From the NCBI GenBank assembly GCA_017550655.1, contig JAFZOK010000023.1:7047-71046 (forward strand): a stretch of 64,000 nt of DNA, written 5' to 3'. Position 1 is the first letter of the stretch. Each line of letters begins with the position of its first letter. The DNA comes from Bacteroidales bacterium (GTDB taxonomy: Bacteria > Bacteroidota > Bacteroidia > Bacteroidales > UBA932). Shown here one piece after another: positions 50,496 to 60,654 of this stretch. The translations under genes and the position numbers were made by a program. The notes beneath the pieces were generated by a model. That model ran no database searches. It saw nothing but the letters and a program-made list of their open reading frames with translations, and was not told the origin of the DNA.

Positions 50496-51400
50496 CAGCA
50501 AAAAACAACAAAGGTCTTGGAAGAGGACTCGGCAGAGGACTGGACTCACTGATTCCGGGAGCGGGACAGGAAAAGACCCTGCAGCCGGAAGGAGTATCGC
50601 ATCTCACATCCGTAAGGGAGCTGGAGCTGGAACAGATTTCCCCGAACCCGTTCCAGCCAAGAAGCGAGTTTGACAGGGAAAAGCTCCAGGAACTCTCGGA
50701 TTCCATCGCCAGAATCGGAATTATCCAGCCAATTACCGTAAAGAAAGTTTCCATCGGAAGATACCAGATAATCAGTGGAGAAAGAAGGTTCCGTGCAGCA
50801 AAGGCCGCAGGCCTGAAGACCATACCGGCATACGTGAAGGATGCGGACGAAAACTCCATGCTGGAAATGGCACTTGTGGAAAATATCCAGAGAGAAGACC
50901 TGGACCCGATAGACATCGCCATCAGTTTCCAGAGGCTCATCGACGAGTGCAACCTCACCCAGGAAGCACTTTCTCCAAGGGTGGGAAAAAACAGGGCGAC
51001 CATCGCCAACTACCTCAGGCTGCTGAAGCTCCAGCCGGAAATCCAGCTGGCTGTTAAAAGCGGAGCCATCACAATGGGGCACGCCAAGGCTCTGCTGGCA
51101 GTGGAAGACGCAAATCTCCAGAAAAGGATTGTGGACAATATAATCGCCGATGAACTTTCCGTAAGGCAGACAGAGGAAATCGTGAGGAAACTTCTTGCTC
51201 CTAAGGCAGAAAAGGCAAAGAAAGCAGCCTTCAATCCGGGGCAGGCAGGCGTTTCTGCGGAAAAGATTTTGTCAAAATACTTTGGAGGAAAGGTTACGGT
51301 CAAGGCTAGGGAAAAGGGAGGAGAGGTGATTCTCAAATATCGCGATGAAGATCAGCTGTCTTCCTTCCTGAATGTGCTTAAGGAACATAATTTGCAGTAA
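50492..51400 (+). CDS. parB: Chromosome partitioning protein ParB/Spo0J
   Basis: KGLGRGLGRGLDSLIP at the N-terminus and the ParB box ISGERRFRAAKAAG; 302 aa. Confidence 0.93.
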   Translation: MTAKNNKGLGRGLGRGLDSLIPGAGQEKTLQPEGVSHLTSVRELELEQISPNPFQPRSEFDREKLQELSDSIARIGIIQPITVKKVSIGRYQIISGERRFRAAKAAGLKTIPAYVKDADENSMLEMALVENIQREDLDPIDIAISFQRLIDECNLTQEALSPRVGKNRATIANYLRLLKLQPEIQLAVKSGAITMGHAKALLAVEDANLQKRIVDNIIADELSVRQTEEIVRKLLAPKAEKAKKAAFNPGQAGVSAEKILSKYFGGKVTVKAREKGGEVILKYRDEDQLSSFLNVLKEHNLQ

Positions 51401-51409
51401 AAAAGAGCC

Positions 51410-52357
51410 GTGAGCATAAGAAGAAACATATCCGGACTTGTGGCAGCCGTGATTGCGGTATTGCTAAGCGGTACAGTCTCTTACGCCCAGTTCAATCCAA
51501 ATGCAAACGCTGCCGGAACCATGAAATCCACCATCGACAATATGGTGGACACCACGGAATACGAAATCGACTCCACCGTAAGGCAGTTTACCATAAAAAG
51601 GTTCATAAACTCTCTGGCGCATAAGGATTCCATGACGCTTTCCAACACTTTCTTCGGGGCGATGGTTTTGCCTGGAACCGGCCAGATTTATAATCGCGAT
51701 TACTGGAAACTCCCTATAGTTTACGGAACCCTTGGAGGATGCATCGGCGGAGCTGTGGCTTTCAACCAGAAATGGAAGAAGAACGGCCTCAACAAGGACA
51801 GGGAAACCCGTAACCTCTTCATCTGGGGTGCTGTGGCAAGCTACTGGGGCCAGCTGATGGATGTAACCGTAAGCTACAAGTCTTACGAAAAGCCGCTTCC
51901 TGCAAGAGCCTCCTTCTACGCCTCCCTGCTCCCGGGCTTGGGACAGGCCTACAACGGGGACTACTGGCATATTCCTATCTACTATGCCGGATTCACCATA
52001 AGCGGATACTGCTGGGCATTCAACCAGAAGCAGTACAAGCGCTACCGCAAGATGTACAGAGAATACGGGGAGGGAACCTACACGGGACACGTTACCCCGG
52101 AAAATATGGTCTGGTTCAGAGACTATTACAGGCGTAACAGGGATTATTCCGTGCTTTCCACGGCCCTTATCTACATACTGAACGTGATAGACGCCAACGT
52201 GTTTGCGCATTTCTCCCACTTCGACATTTCAGACGACATTACCTTCAATGTTCATCCTGATGTCATTATGCCGGAAATGCCGACTACCGGGTACTATACA
52301 TACGACCCGACATACAGCAGCGCCAAGGTTGGGCTAACCCTGGACATAACTTTTTAG
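51410..52357 (+). CDS. Conserved Bacteroidota membrane/secreted protein downstream of parB (DUF5683-like)
   Basis: The GTG start gives a signal peptide (SIRRNISGLVAAVIAVLLSGTVSYAQ). Two internal repeats carry LPG(T/L)GQ(I/A)YN(R/G)DYW(K/H)(L/I)PI. The family assignment is from memory of the synteny. Confidence 0.6.
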   Translation: MSIRRNISGLVAAVIAVLLSGTVSYAQFNPNANAAGTMKSTIDNMVDTTEYEIDSTVRQFTIKRFINSLAHKDSMTLSNTFFGAMVLPGTGQIYNRDYWKLPIVYGTLGGCIGGAVAFNQKWKKNGLNKDRETRNLFIWGAVASYWGQLMDVTVSYKSYEKPLPARASFYASLLPGLGQAYNGDYWHIPIYYAGFTISGYCWAFNQKQYKRYRKMYREYGEGTYTGHVTPENMVWFRDYYRRNRDYSVLSTALIYILNVIDANVFAHFSHFDISDDITFNVHPDVIMPEMPTTGYYTYDPTYSSAKVGLTLDITF

Positions 52358-52378
52358 AAATCTGAAAAATTGAACAAT

Positions 52379-54013
52379 ATGAGAACGAGAAGACTTGCAG
52401 TTTTGTTGCTGATGGGCGCCTTTCTTACACTGGGATTCTGTCAGCAATCCTACGGCCAGACCAGAAAAGACCTGTTGAAGGAGAACCAGAAACTGAGGCG
52501 GGCCATCGATTCCCTCCAGAGGCTTCTGGATGACAGCGAAATAGAATTGACAGACACATCCACTGCCGGAGACACCATCAATCCGGGTAATATCGGTTTT
52601 CTCAGTTCCGAGCTTTACGAGAACCTGACTCCAGGGGAGAATCCGGACAGTCTCCTCAGCATCTACTACCTTCAGAGACAGATGGCCACCGCCAACCTTC
52701 CGGCCGTGGAAGACGTGGAAAACGCAAATTACACCAGCAACATTCCGGACGAGGTTTATATCGAGAACCTGAAGAAGATGAATTCTTTCATCTCTCTGCC
52801 TTACAACAGCGTTGTCAAGAACTACATCATCCTCTATACGGAAAGGATGCCTAAGAGAGCCGCCAACATGCTCGGCCTGGCATCATATTATCTCCCTATT
52901 TTCGAGAACATATTCGACCGCTACGGCCTTCCTAAAGAACTGGCCGCAATGGCAATCATAGAGTCCGCCCTTAACCCGTTCGCCGTTTCAAGCGCCAACG
53001 CCAAAGGTCTGTGGCAGTTCATATATTCCGCTGCAAAACAGTACAATCTCCAGGTGGACTCCTACATTGACGAAAGGTTCGACCCTGAGAAGAGCTGCGA
53101 TGCCGCTGCAAGATTCCTCAAGGATTCCTATACGATTTTCGGAGACTGGGCACTTGCGATTTCGTCCTACAACTGCGGTCCGGGGAACGTGAACAAGGCC
53201 ATCAAGAGAGCCGGAAGCAGAGACTTCTGGTCTATCTATCCTTACCTTCCTAAGGAAACCAGAGGCTATATGCCGTCGTTTGTCGGAGCCCTGTACATGC
53301 TCAAGTATTACCAGAACTACAACATTGTTCCGGACAAGCCTTCAATGCCGGCTCACGTGGACACGTTCATGATTCACAAGAACCTGCACTTCGAGCAGAT
53401 TTCCGAGGTCATCGGCATCCCGGTTCAGGAACTCCGCCAGCTTAACCCTCAGTATCTGAGGGATATCATCCCGGGAGACAGCAAGGGAATGCTCCTGAGG
53501 CTTCCTTACAACTACACCGCTCCTTTCGTGGACAACGAGAAGACCATCTACAACTATAAGGACAGCATATTCTTCAACCCTATAGTTTACAGCCGCTACA
53601 AGAGCGGTGACGAGGGCGGAGGAAGCACAAGGATCTACCACAAGGTCAGAAAGGGCCAGACACTGGCTTCCATTGCAAAAAGATACGGAGTTACGGTTGC
53701 TCAGATCAAAGACTGGAACAATATGTCTGCAAAGACAAAGTCCGTCAAGACCGGACGTACGCTGATTATCTACCGCAATGCCGTATCCAACCCGCCACGC
53801 TCTTCGTCTTCTTCATCTTCTAGCAGTTCTTCTTCCAACGCAAATTCTTCCAGGAATTCCGGAGGAGGAGCAAAGTACTACACTGTAAAGAAGGGAGATA
53901 CACTATACGGTGTTGCAAAGAAAAACAACATAAGCCTCAACGAACTGCTGAAACTCAACGGCCTTACCGCCAAGTCTACGATTCACGCAGGAAAGAAACT
54001 TAGAGTCAAATAA
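52379..54013 (+). CDS. Lytic transglycosylase (MltD-like) with two C-terminal LysM domains
   Basis: ATG 52379 is preferred over TTG 52370. The SLT catalytic region ([34 protein letters not shown]) and two LysM units ([18 protein letters not shown]..., [18 protein letters not shown]...) are separated by a poly-Ser linker. Confidence 0.82.
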   Translation: MRTRRLAVLLLMGAFLTLGFCQQSYGQTRKDLLKENQKLRRAIDSLQRLLDDSEIELTDTSTAGDTINPGNIGFLSSELYENLTPGENPDSLLSIYYLQRQMATANLPAVEDVENANYTSNIPDEVYIENLKKMNSFISLPYNSVVKNYIILYTERMPKRAANMLGLASYYLPIFENIFDRYGLPKELAAMAIIESALNPFAVSSANAKGLWQFIYSAAKQYNLQVDSYIDERFDPEKSCDAAARFLKDSYTIFGDWALAISSYNCGPGNVNKAIKRAGSRDFWSIYPYLPKETRGYMPSFVGALYMLKYYQNYNIVPDKPSMPAHVDTFMIHKNLHFEQISEVIGIPVQELRQLNPQYLRDIIPGDSKGMLLRLPYNYTAPFVDNEKTIYNYKDSIFFNPIVYSRYKSGDEGGGSTRIYHKVRKGQTLASIAKRYGVTVAQIKDWNNMSAKTKSVKTGRTLIIYRNAVSNPPRSSSSSSSSSSSSNANSSRNSGGGAKYYTVKKGDTLYGVAKKNNISLNELLKLNGLTAKSTIHAGKKLRVK

Positions 54014-54017
54014 TATT

Positions 54018-55445
54018 ATGCTAAGAATAATCCGCGTAATCCTCGCCTACATTTTCTTCATACTGATTACGCTGCTGTTCCTTGATTTTACGGGAACAAC
54101 TCAAAGGCTGTTCGGCTGGATGGCGCAAATCCAGTTTCTGCCCGCGGTTCTGGCATTGAATATTGTCGTCATCTGCGCCCTTCTGCTGCTTACAATAGTT
54201 TTCGGAAGAATCTATTGCTCGGTGATATGCCCTCTTGGAGTGATGCAGGATATTTTCGGCTGGTTTGGGAAAAAGACCAGAAAGAACCGCTATACCTATT
54301 CCAAGGCCAAGAACTGGCTTAGATACACGGTGCTGGGAATTTTTATCCTCGCGATATTTTTCGGAATTGCCAGTCTGGTTGCCCTTCTGGCTCCTTACAG
54401 CTCCTTCGGAAGAATTGCGCAGAACCTTCTCTCCCCAATCTCCACTTATGCCTTCAGCAGCAAAGAAGTCTGGATAAGGTCTCTACCGACTTTCATAGTG
54501 GCTGCGGTAACGATAGTGGTGCTTTTCATCCTGGCCTTCAGGAACGGCAGAACCTACTGCAACACCATCTGCCCCGTTGGAACGGTTCTGAGTTTCTTCG
54601 CCCGATTCTCCATCTTCCGCCCGCTGATAGACAAGAGCAAGTGCGTTAGCTGCAACCTCTGCGTCAAGAACTGCAAGGCATCCTGCATAGACATCAAAAA
54701 CCACAAGATAGACTACTCCAGATGCGTTGTCTGCGGAGACTGTATCTCAAAGTGCAATAAAGGCGCAATCTCCTATACGACAAAACGTTATAAAGAAGAA
54801 CCTGTCGCTGAGAAAACATCCGGAATGGAAAGAAGGTCCTTCATTGCAACAGCCTCGGCACTTGTGGCAACCGAGGCAGTATCAAAAGCCCAGGAAAAGA
54901 TTTCCGGAAAAAAGACCGTTATCACCAGAGAAACTGAAATCACTCCGCCCGGCTCCGTAGGAATGGACAACCTTACCAGCCACTGCACAGGCTGCCAGCT
55001 CTGCGTTGCCGCCTGCCCTAACAATGTGCTCCGCCCGTCTTCCGGTCTATTGACTCTTATGCAGCCAAGGGCCTCATACGAAAGAGGCTGGTGCCACCCG
55101 GGATGCACCAGATGTTCAAGCGTGTGCCCAACGGGAGCTATCAGGAAAATTACCAGGCAGGAGAAAAAGACCATCCAAATCGGGCATGCCGTATGGGACG
55201 CCGGTGCGTGCATTCCTATGGCAGAGGGACTTTATTGCGGACTATGCGCGGACCATTGCCCGGTGGGAGCCATTACGCTTGTAGCCGTAGACCCGGATGA
55301 TGAACTCGGACCTCAGTTCCCGGTTGTGGACGAAGACAAGTGCATCGGATGCGGAGCTTGTGAGCACGCTTGCCCTGCCAGTCCTGTCAAGGCAATCTAC
55401 GTAGAAGGTTACACAGAACACAAGACCAAGACTGTCAAGAGTTAG
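54018..55445 (+). CDS. Membrane-bound polyferredoxin (NapH-like membrane half fused to a NapG-like multi-[4Fe-4S] half)
   Basis: 475 aa. The TM segments carry CSVICPLG and CNTICPVG, followed by six CxxCxxCxxxC(P)-type clusters. An internal Tat-like [15 protein letters not shown] begins at residue 270. Confidence 0.8.
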   Translation: MLRIIRVILAYIFFILITLLFLDFTGTTQRLFGWMAQIQFLPAVLALNIVVICALLLLTIVFGRIYCSVICPLGVMQDIFGWFGKKTRKNRYTYSKAKNWLRYTVLGIFILAIFFGIASLVALLAPYSSFGRIAQNLLSPISTYAFSSKEVWIRSLPTFIVAAVTIVVLFILAFRNGRTYCNTICPVGTVLSFFARFSIFRPLIDKSKCVSCNLCVKNCKASCIDIKNHKIDYSRCVVCGDCISKCNKGAISYTTKRYKEEPVAEKTSGMERRSFIATASALVATEAVSKAQEKISGKKTVITRETEITPPGSVGMDNLTSHCTGCQLCVAACPNNVLRPSSGLLTLMQPRASYERGWCHPGCTRCSSVCPTGAIRKITRQEKKTIQIGHAVWDAGACIPMAEGLYCGLCADHCPVGAITLVAVDPDDELGPQFPVVDEDKCIGCGACEHACPASPVKAIYVEGYTEHKTKTVKS

Positions 55446-57160
55446 AGTTCCAGCCTCACGGCGGCTTTGGCCGTGGATATTCCTCTGCGATACTGATATT
55501 TCAGATAAAGGCTCAGCCAACGGCTGGGCCTTATGCTTAACAGGCAGCAAAAGTCCATTCCCTGTCCATACAGAAGATGTGAGGAAAACGAATAAGGAAG
55601 TTCCGCTTCCGGGAAGTAGATTCTTGCCGCCCAGTCCCTTACGTGGAACAGCGCCATCCCGACCGTGCCTCCGATTATCCTTTTCTCAAGTTTCAGGTAA
55701 GAAGAAAACGCCCTGCCCCCAAGAGAGTTGTACTCACCCCTCAGGACCAGGCTAAGCCCATCCAAAAGCAGCACCTTTCCACCGGTTTTAAGGCTCAGTA
55801 TCCTGTCCTTCTCCAGCGGAGTGGAATACCTGGTGTCTATCTTTGAGTAACCCTTTATCCAGAACTCGTTCCTGACAGGGCTTCCAAATGAAGAATCGTC
55901 CCAGGAAAGCTTCACATAAGCCTTGAAGGTTGAAGACGGATCCTTGACATGGTATCTCGGAGCCGGATAGGCGGAATAGTCAGCTCCTACCGCATAACTT
56001 GTTTTCCCGTAAAGAGTTCCCGTCATCCTCAGCGATGCTCCCTGCTGGTTACTTAGTTTGCTCAGCGACGAGTAAGCCCCACCCAAAGGCGAGGAGAAAT
56101 CCTTGCCGTAACCCCTAAGCAGAAAATGGAAAGTGACCTTCTCCATTTCCAGACTCGCTCCTCCTAACGCGGCAAACGATTCCGTTTCCGGATTCCAGGC
56201 TCCTTCCGCAAATACAACCGCACCCGGAAAACCGGCAAGAAAATCTGCCGACACCACACTTCCAACCTGCTCCTTCCTGAAATACGACAGGCCGAATCTC
56301 GACCTTCTTCCGGTATAGGTCAGGCCGTAAACGCTCTCCATTCCCCTGAAGGAATAGCCGGCGCTTACACGAAGCCTACCAGCAGAAACAGACAGTGCTC
56401 CTCCTCTCAGAAGTTTTGTAGTGTCTGAACTTGTGTACAATGATACCGGCTCCGCGTTCCTGACAAAGCCCGACGCCTCTCCAGCCCCTGAAAACGAGAA
56501 ACCGTTCCAGGCTGCAAGGCCCTGGCCCATACGGGCGTAGAAATCTCCCAGCACAAGCCTTTCAACCTTAACACTTCCAACCTTCAGACCTGAATACGAT
56601 ATGCCTCCGGTTGCAAAATTCTCCCTTGATTTCTGGGTGGAATTGCCCTTCAGGACCACGGACAAATCCAGCCTATCCAGATATGAAGACCTTAGCCTTA
56701 CAAGATGCTGCTCGGATACCGGAGAGGCCACTCTCTGGTAACGGGAATAGATGTCTGTCTTCTCGTCTTTCCGGAAATTTTCCGGATGCCGGACAGCCTC
56801 CCCAAGAGTAACATACGGGCGGATTCTTTCCACCGTTTTCTCGTCAAACCCGTAAAGAAGCCCAAGTTCCGCAAACGAGAGAATCGGCCCGCTGGAAGCA
56901 ATCCTGCTCAATATGGATTCTATCTGGAAAGGAGTAAGAAGCATCAGGGCCTCCATTGCCCCTTTTGATGCGGAATTCAGGTTCAGCGGATGCCTCCTGA
57001 GACGCTGCAGATGGGAAAGCATATCTTCCCCGAACAAGGCAGCATCTTCTTCTTCCGAAACCATCAGCCGTTCAACCACATCATCCTCATTCTGAGCCCA
57101 CAAGGCCAGGGGCTGAGCCGTCATCACACACACAAGGGCAATCCTTATCCATCTTCTCAT
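55442..57160 (-). CDS. Helix-hairpin-helix domain protein with a predicted outer-membrane beta-barrel
   Basis: ATG 57160 gives a signal peptide ([23 protein letters not shown]). A HhH-like N-region ([25 protein letters not shown]) precedes a long segment of alternating beta-strand character ending in an aromatic-rich C-terminus. The function is unknown. Confidence 0.6.
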   Translation of the reverse strand: MRRWIRIALVCVMTAQPLALWAQNEDDVVERLMVSEEEDAALFGEDMLSHLQRLRRHPLNLNSASKGAMEALMLLTPFQIESILSRIASSGPILSFAELGLLYGFDEKTVERIRPYVTLGEAVRHPENFRKDEKTDIYSRYQRVASPVSEQHLVRLRSSYLDRLDLSVVLKGNSTQKSRENFATGGISYSGLKVGSVKVERLVLGDFYARMGQGLAAWNGFSFSGAGEASGFVRNAEPVSLYTSSDTTKLLRGGALSVSAGRLRVSAGYSFRGMESVYGLTYTGRRSRFGLSYFRKEQVGSVVSADFLAGFPGAVVFAEGAWNPETESFAALGGASLEMEKVTFHFLLRGYGKDFSSPLGGAYSSLSKLSNQQGASLRMTGTLYGKTSYAVGADYSAYPAPRYHVKDPSSTFKAYVKLSWDDSSFGSPVRNEFWIKGYSKIDTRYSTPLEKDRILSLKTGGKVLLLDGLSLVLRGEYNSLGGRAFSSYLKLEKRIIGGTVGMALFHVRDWAARIYFPEAELPYSFSSHLLYGQGMDFCCLLSIRPSRWLSLYLKYQYRRGISTAKAAVRLEL

Positions 57161-57165
57161 ACGCA

Positions 57166-57173
57166 CAAAAATA
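57166..57173 (-). promoter_or_regulatory. Candidate -7 box (TATTTTTG on the minus strand), which is also the U-tract of the purE terminator
   Basis: The minus strand reads GGGATGC-TATTTTTG-TGCGT-ATG, so the box ends 5 nt before ATG 57160. Confidence 0.3.
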
Positions 57174-57198
57174 GCATCCCGCCACCAGGGCAGGATGC
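57167..57198 (-). terminator. Rho-independent terminator of purE
   Basis: Minus strand: GCAUCCUGCC-CUGGU-GGCGGGAUGC (10 bp, one G-U pair) followed by UAUUUUUG. Confidence 0.7.
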
Positions 57199-57262
57199 CA
57201 AACCGTACAATTGACTATGTCCGCAAAACGGACAAGAAGCGGACAAATACCGCTTATGCGTT

Positions 57263-57778
57263 TTATCCGTTTACCTTGAACTTGAAGTTCAGATTCTTAA
57301 GCTCTTCGTTGGCCTTTGTAATCTTGCCTGCAAGCTCGCTTTTGAAACGGGCGGATTTTTCCGCTATACCGGAATCAGAGAGGGCAAGTATCTGAACGGC
57401 GAAGATTGCGGCGTTCTTGGCTCCGTCCAGAGCCATTGTGGCTACAGGTATGCCGCCCGGCATCTGGAGTATGGACAAAATGGAGTCCAGGCCCTCAATG
57501 GAGTTGGAACTCTTGATTGGAACCCCAATCACCGGAAGATTGGTTGATGCGGCTATCACTCCAGGCAGATGAGCCGCTCCGCCCGCCCCTGCAATAATAA
57601 CCTTGATTCCCCTTCCGGCAGCTCCCTTTGCAAATTCCGCCACCATTTCAGGCGTGCGGTGAGCCGACAGTGCATTTACCTCAAAAGGTATCTCCATTTC
57701 TTCCAGGAACTTTGCCGCAGCCTCCATGACCTTAAGGTCCGAGGTGCTTCCCATAATGATGCTTACCAACGGTTTCAT
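57263..57778 (-). CDS. purE: 5-(carboxyamino)imidazole ribonucleotide mutase
   Basis: 171 aa with SIIMGSTSD and AGGAAHLPG motifs. Confidence 0.93.
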   Translation of the reverse strand: MKPLVSIIMGSTSDLKVMEAAAKFLEEMEIPFEVNALSAHRTPEMVAEFAKGAAGRGIKVIIAGAGGAAHLPGVIAASTNLPVIGVPIKSSNSIEGLDSILSILQMPGGIPVATMALDGAKNAAIFAVQILALSDSGIAEKSARFKSELAGKITKANEELKNLNFKFKVNG

Positions 57779-57797
57779 CTCTGATATTTGTTGCGTT

Positions 57798-57813
57798 TAT
57801 TTTTGCAAAAATA
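57798..57813. promoter_or_regulatory. 16-bp perfect palindrome TATTTTTGCAAAAATA, giving overlapping -7 boxes on both strands between purE and hpt
   Basis: The plus-strand TATTTTTG (57798-57805) faces hpt and the minus-strand TATTTTTG (57813-57806) faces purE. A second plus-strand box TAAATTTG lies at 57816-57823. Confidence 0.4.
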
Positions 57814-57847
57814 TCTAAATTTGGAACTCAATACAACACACACCGCC

Positions 57848-58423
57848 ATGAAAAACGTCCAGCTATACGACAAGAGCTTCAAGCCCTACATGTCTTATGA
57901 AGAAATCCAGAAGGCAATAGACGCTGTCGCCGAGAAAATCAACATCGACCTCAAAGACGAGCACACCCCTATCTTTCTGGGGGTTCTGACCGGCAGTTTC
58001 ATGTTCTTCGGAGACCTTATGAAACGAATCACCCTGGAATGCGAGACCTGCTTCATCCGCCTTGCCTCTTACGAGGGAACATCCTCTACGGGTCAGGTTA
58101 AGCAGATGCTCGGGCTCACACAAAGCGTAAAAGACCGCAACATTGTTGTCGTGGAGGATATCGTGGACACCGGCGGAACCATCACCGAACTTTACAAGAT
58201 TCTGAACGAAAACGGAGCTAAGAGTATCCGCACGGCAACCCTGATGTACAAGCCGGGCAGCTACAAGGGTTCCATCAAGATAGACTATCCTGCCTGCAGC
58301 ATTCCTAACGATTTCATCGTTGGCTTCGGCCTGGACTACGACCAGATCGGCCGCAACCTGAAAGACATTTATGTGCTCGATCCTGAAGAGACGGAAAAGC
58401 GCAAGGCAATAAACGTAAGATAA
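57848..58423 (+). CDS. hpt: Hypoxanthine(-guanine) phosphoribosyltransferase
   Basis: Start at ATG 57848 (MKNVQLYDKSF...), with the PRPP-binding motif VVVEDIVDTGGT. Confidence 0.9.
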   Translation: MKNVQLYDKSFKPYMSYEEIQKAIDAVAEKINIDLKDEHTPIFLGVLTGSFMFFGDLMKRITLECETCFIRLASYEGTSSTGQVKQMLGLTQSVKDRNIVVVEDIVDTGGTITELYKILNENGAKSIRTATLMYKPGSYKGSIKIDYPACSIPNDFIVGFGLDYDQIGRNLKDIYVLDPEETEKRKAINVR

Positions 58424-58425
58424 TT

Positions 58426-58992
58426 ATGAAATACTATATTCTGTTCGGGCCTCCTGGTGCCGGAAAAGGCACCCAGGCCAAATTCATCGCCGAGAAATAC
58501 AATCTCCTGCATATTTCCACGGGAGACCTTCTGAGAAAGGAAATGGCTGCCGGGACCCCGCTGGGGCTCCAGGCAAAGCAACTGATCGAGGGCGGAAACC
58601 TTGTACCGGACGAGGTGGTTGTGGGTATGATCCGTTCCACCTTCGCAAACAACACAGAGGTTGCCGGCTTCCTTCTGGACGGATTCCCGAGAACAATTGC
58701 CCAGGCACAGATGCTGGACAAGATGCTCGCCGATCAGGACAGCAAGGTGGACAAGGTTCTCTCCCTGACAATCAAGGACGAGACCATCTTTGAAAGGATA
58801 GCAAAACGTGCTCAGATTGAGGGCAGAAAGGACGATGCCGATCCAGCCACCATCCAGAACAGGATAGACACCTACCACGCCAAGACAGAGCCGCTCATAG
58901 ACTACTACAAGAACGCCGGAAACTATTGCGAGATACCCGGAGAGCAGACAATTGAGGAAGTTTTCCGTAGCATCTGCAAGGAGATTGGCTGA
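58426..58992 (+). CDS. adk: Adenylate kinase
   Basis: P-loop LFGPPGAGKGTQ; 188 aa with a short lid and no zinc-binding cysteines. Confidence 0.96.
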   Translation: MKYYILFGPPGAGKGTQAKFIAEKYNLLHISTGDLLRKEMAAGTPLGLQAKQLIEGGNLVPDEVVVGMIRSTFANNTEVAGFLLDGFPRTIAQAQMLDKMLADQDSKVDKVLSLTIKDETIFERIAKRAQIEGRKDDADPATIQNRIDTYHAKTEPLIDYYKNAGNYCEIPGEQTIEEVFRSICKEIG

Positions 58993-59019
58993 AGGAAACC
59001 TGTTAAATGCGCCAAAGCC

Positions 59020-60018
59020 ATGCCTAACACGGATTTCGTCGATTATGTAAAACTGCACCTTACTTCCGGAAACGGAGGTAACGGCTCTATGCACCTCCAC
59101 AGGGAGAAGTTCATAGACAAGGGCGGTCCCGACGGCGGTGACGGAGGCAAGGGCGGAAGCGTCATCATGCAGGGAGACAGCCAGATGTGGACCTTGATCA
59201 GCCTCAAGTACCGCAAGCACATCTCTGCGGAAAACGGGGAAAACGGAGGCTCGAACCTCTGCACCGGAGCGGACGCAAAGGACGTTATCCTGAAAGTTCC
59301 GCTGGGCACGGTGGCAAAGAACGCGGAAACGGGAGAAATTATCGGAGAAGTAACGGAGCACGGCCAGACCTGCACCATCCTCAAGGGAGGACGGGGCGGC
59401 AAGGGCAACGCCTTTTTCAAGAGCGCAACCCGCCAGACTCCCAAGTTCGCCCAGGAAGGCGAACCGGGAAGCGAGGGCTGGTTCATTCTGGAAATGAAGG
59501 TGCTCGCCGATGTGGGACTGGTAGGATTTCCGAACGCCGGAAAATCCACTCTTCTTTCTGCCGTGTCCGCAGCCCATCCAAAAATCGCGGATTATGCTTT
59601 CACGACACTGGAGCCGAGTATCGGAATCGTGCGTTACTATGATGAGCAGTCCTTTGTGATGGCGGATATCCCGGGCATCATAGAAGGAGCCCACGAGGGC
59701 CGTGGCCTCGGGCACCGCTTCCTAAGGCACATAGAACGCAACTCCATCCTGCTGTTCCTGGTTTCCGCTGAAAACCTGGAAATTGCAAAGGAATACAAAA
59801 TCCTCCTCAACGAGCTCAAGATGTATAATCCGGAACTTCTGGACAAGGAAAGGATTCTCGCAATAACAAAGTGCGACCTTCTGGGCGGAGATAAGGACCT
59901 GATTTCATCTCTGAAGAGAAAAGTGCCTAAAAAAGTTCCTTACGTTTTCATCTCTTCCGTTACAGGAGAAGGCCTCCAGGAACTTAAGGACCTCATCTGG
60001 GAAACACTTCACAAATAA
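59020..60018 (+). CDS. obg: GTPase Obg/CgtA
   Basis: Gly-rich Obg fold (GNGGNGS...GGDGGKGGS), with G1 GFPNAGKST, G3 DIPG and G4 TKCD. Confidence 0.95.
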   Translation: MPNTDFVDYVKLHLTSGNGGNGSMHLHREKFIDKGGPDGGDGGKGGSVIMQGDSQMWTLISLKYRKHISAENGENGGSNLCTGADAKDVILKVPLGTVAKNAETGEIIGEVTEHGQTCTILKGGRGGKGNAFFKSATRQTPKFAQEGEPGSEGWFILEMKVLADVGLVGFPNAGKSTLLSAVSAAHPKIADYAFTTLEPSIGIVRYYDEQSFVMADIPGIIEGAHEGRGLGHRFLRHIERNSILLFLVSAENLEIAKEYKILLNELKMYNPELLDKERILAITKCDLLGGDKDLISSLKRKVPKKVPYVFISSVTGEGLQELKDLIWETLHK

Positions 60019-60644
60019 TGATTGATATAGACAACATTCTGAACCTAGACAGGGCGCTGACCGCTACCATAAACAGCTGGCACACTCCGCTGTGGGACAA
60101 CATAATGCTTTTCCTGTCCAACAAATGGGCCCTGATTCCAGTTTACGTGATAGTCGCACTCTATGCACTGTCCAGAAGAACCTACAGGTTCAGAAGGCGC
60201 AGCTATTTCAACTGCTGGGCTATTTTCATCATTTTTCTGCTGGCAGCTGGTGCCACCTTCTACATCCTGGATATGACCGGACACGATATAATCAAGCCTT
60301 ACTTCCACCGCCTCCGGCCTGGATATGACTTTTATACATGGGACATTATAAGGACTCCGGACGGGAAGGGCGGTGCCTACAGTTTCGTGTCCAACCACGC
60401 CGCCAACATAGCAGGCTTTGCTATGATTACCTCCCTGTTCTTCAAAAGGAAATGGTACACAGCCCTGAGCTTCCTGCTTGCCATAGCCGTCAGCTACAGC
60501 CGCGTTTATCTTGGCAGGCATTTCCTCGGCGATGTGATTTGCGGATTCATATACGGAATTATCGTTGCCTGGATAGTCTATGTAATTGCCGTTGCCATCA
60601 TCGGTTTCCTCAGGCGCCGCATGATTATCCGCGAAATAAGGTAA
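60018..60644 (+). CDS. PAP2-family membrane phosphatase (undecaprenyl-diphosphatase/lipid phosphatase-like)
   Basis: The three acid-phosphatase motifs are present: KPYFHRLRP, SNHA, SRVYLGRHFLGD. There is a TAATG overlap with obg. Confidence 0.8.
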   Translation: MIDIDNILNLDRALTATINSWHTPLWDNIMLFLSNKWALIPVYVIVALYALSRRTYRFRRRSYFNCWAIFIIFLLAAGATFYILDMTGHDIIKPYFHRLRPGYDFYTWDIIRTPDGKGGAYSFVSNHAANIAGFAMITSLFFKRKWYTALSFLLAIAVSYSRVYLGRHFLGDVICGFIYGIIVAWIVYVIAVAIIGFLRRRMIIREIR

Positions 60645-60654
60645 ACGCATCGCA

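Noticed and set aside
49627-51400. Search for parS (TGTTNCACGTGAAACA-like) and DnaA boxes (TTATCCACA) around parAB, to test for a replication origin.
   Set aside because: The four CACGTG-containing sites I saw (26051, 53351, 63916 and nearby) do not match parS half-sites. Only one 8/9 DnaA-box-like string was noticed, inside korA. There is no AT-rich unwinding region. By-eye scanning is not exhaustive.
53801-53836. Run of 12 serine codons in the transglycosylase linker, considered as a possible slippage or phase-variation tract.
   Set aside because: The run uses mixed codons (TCT, TCG, TCA, AGC, AGT, TCC), so it is not a simple sequence repeat at the DNA level. It looks like an ordinary flexible linker between LysM domains.
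58369-59715. 448-aa ORF on the minus strand spanning the end of hpt, all of adk and the first 700 nt of obg.
   Set aside because: Its codons are exactly antiparallel and in register with the adk and obg codons, which share a frame. In that register, antisense stops arise only from sense TTA, CTA or TCA, which these genes avoid. The product has no recognisable motif, while the sense genes are unmistakable. It is a classic shadow ORF.
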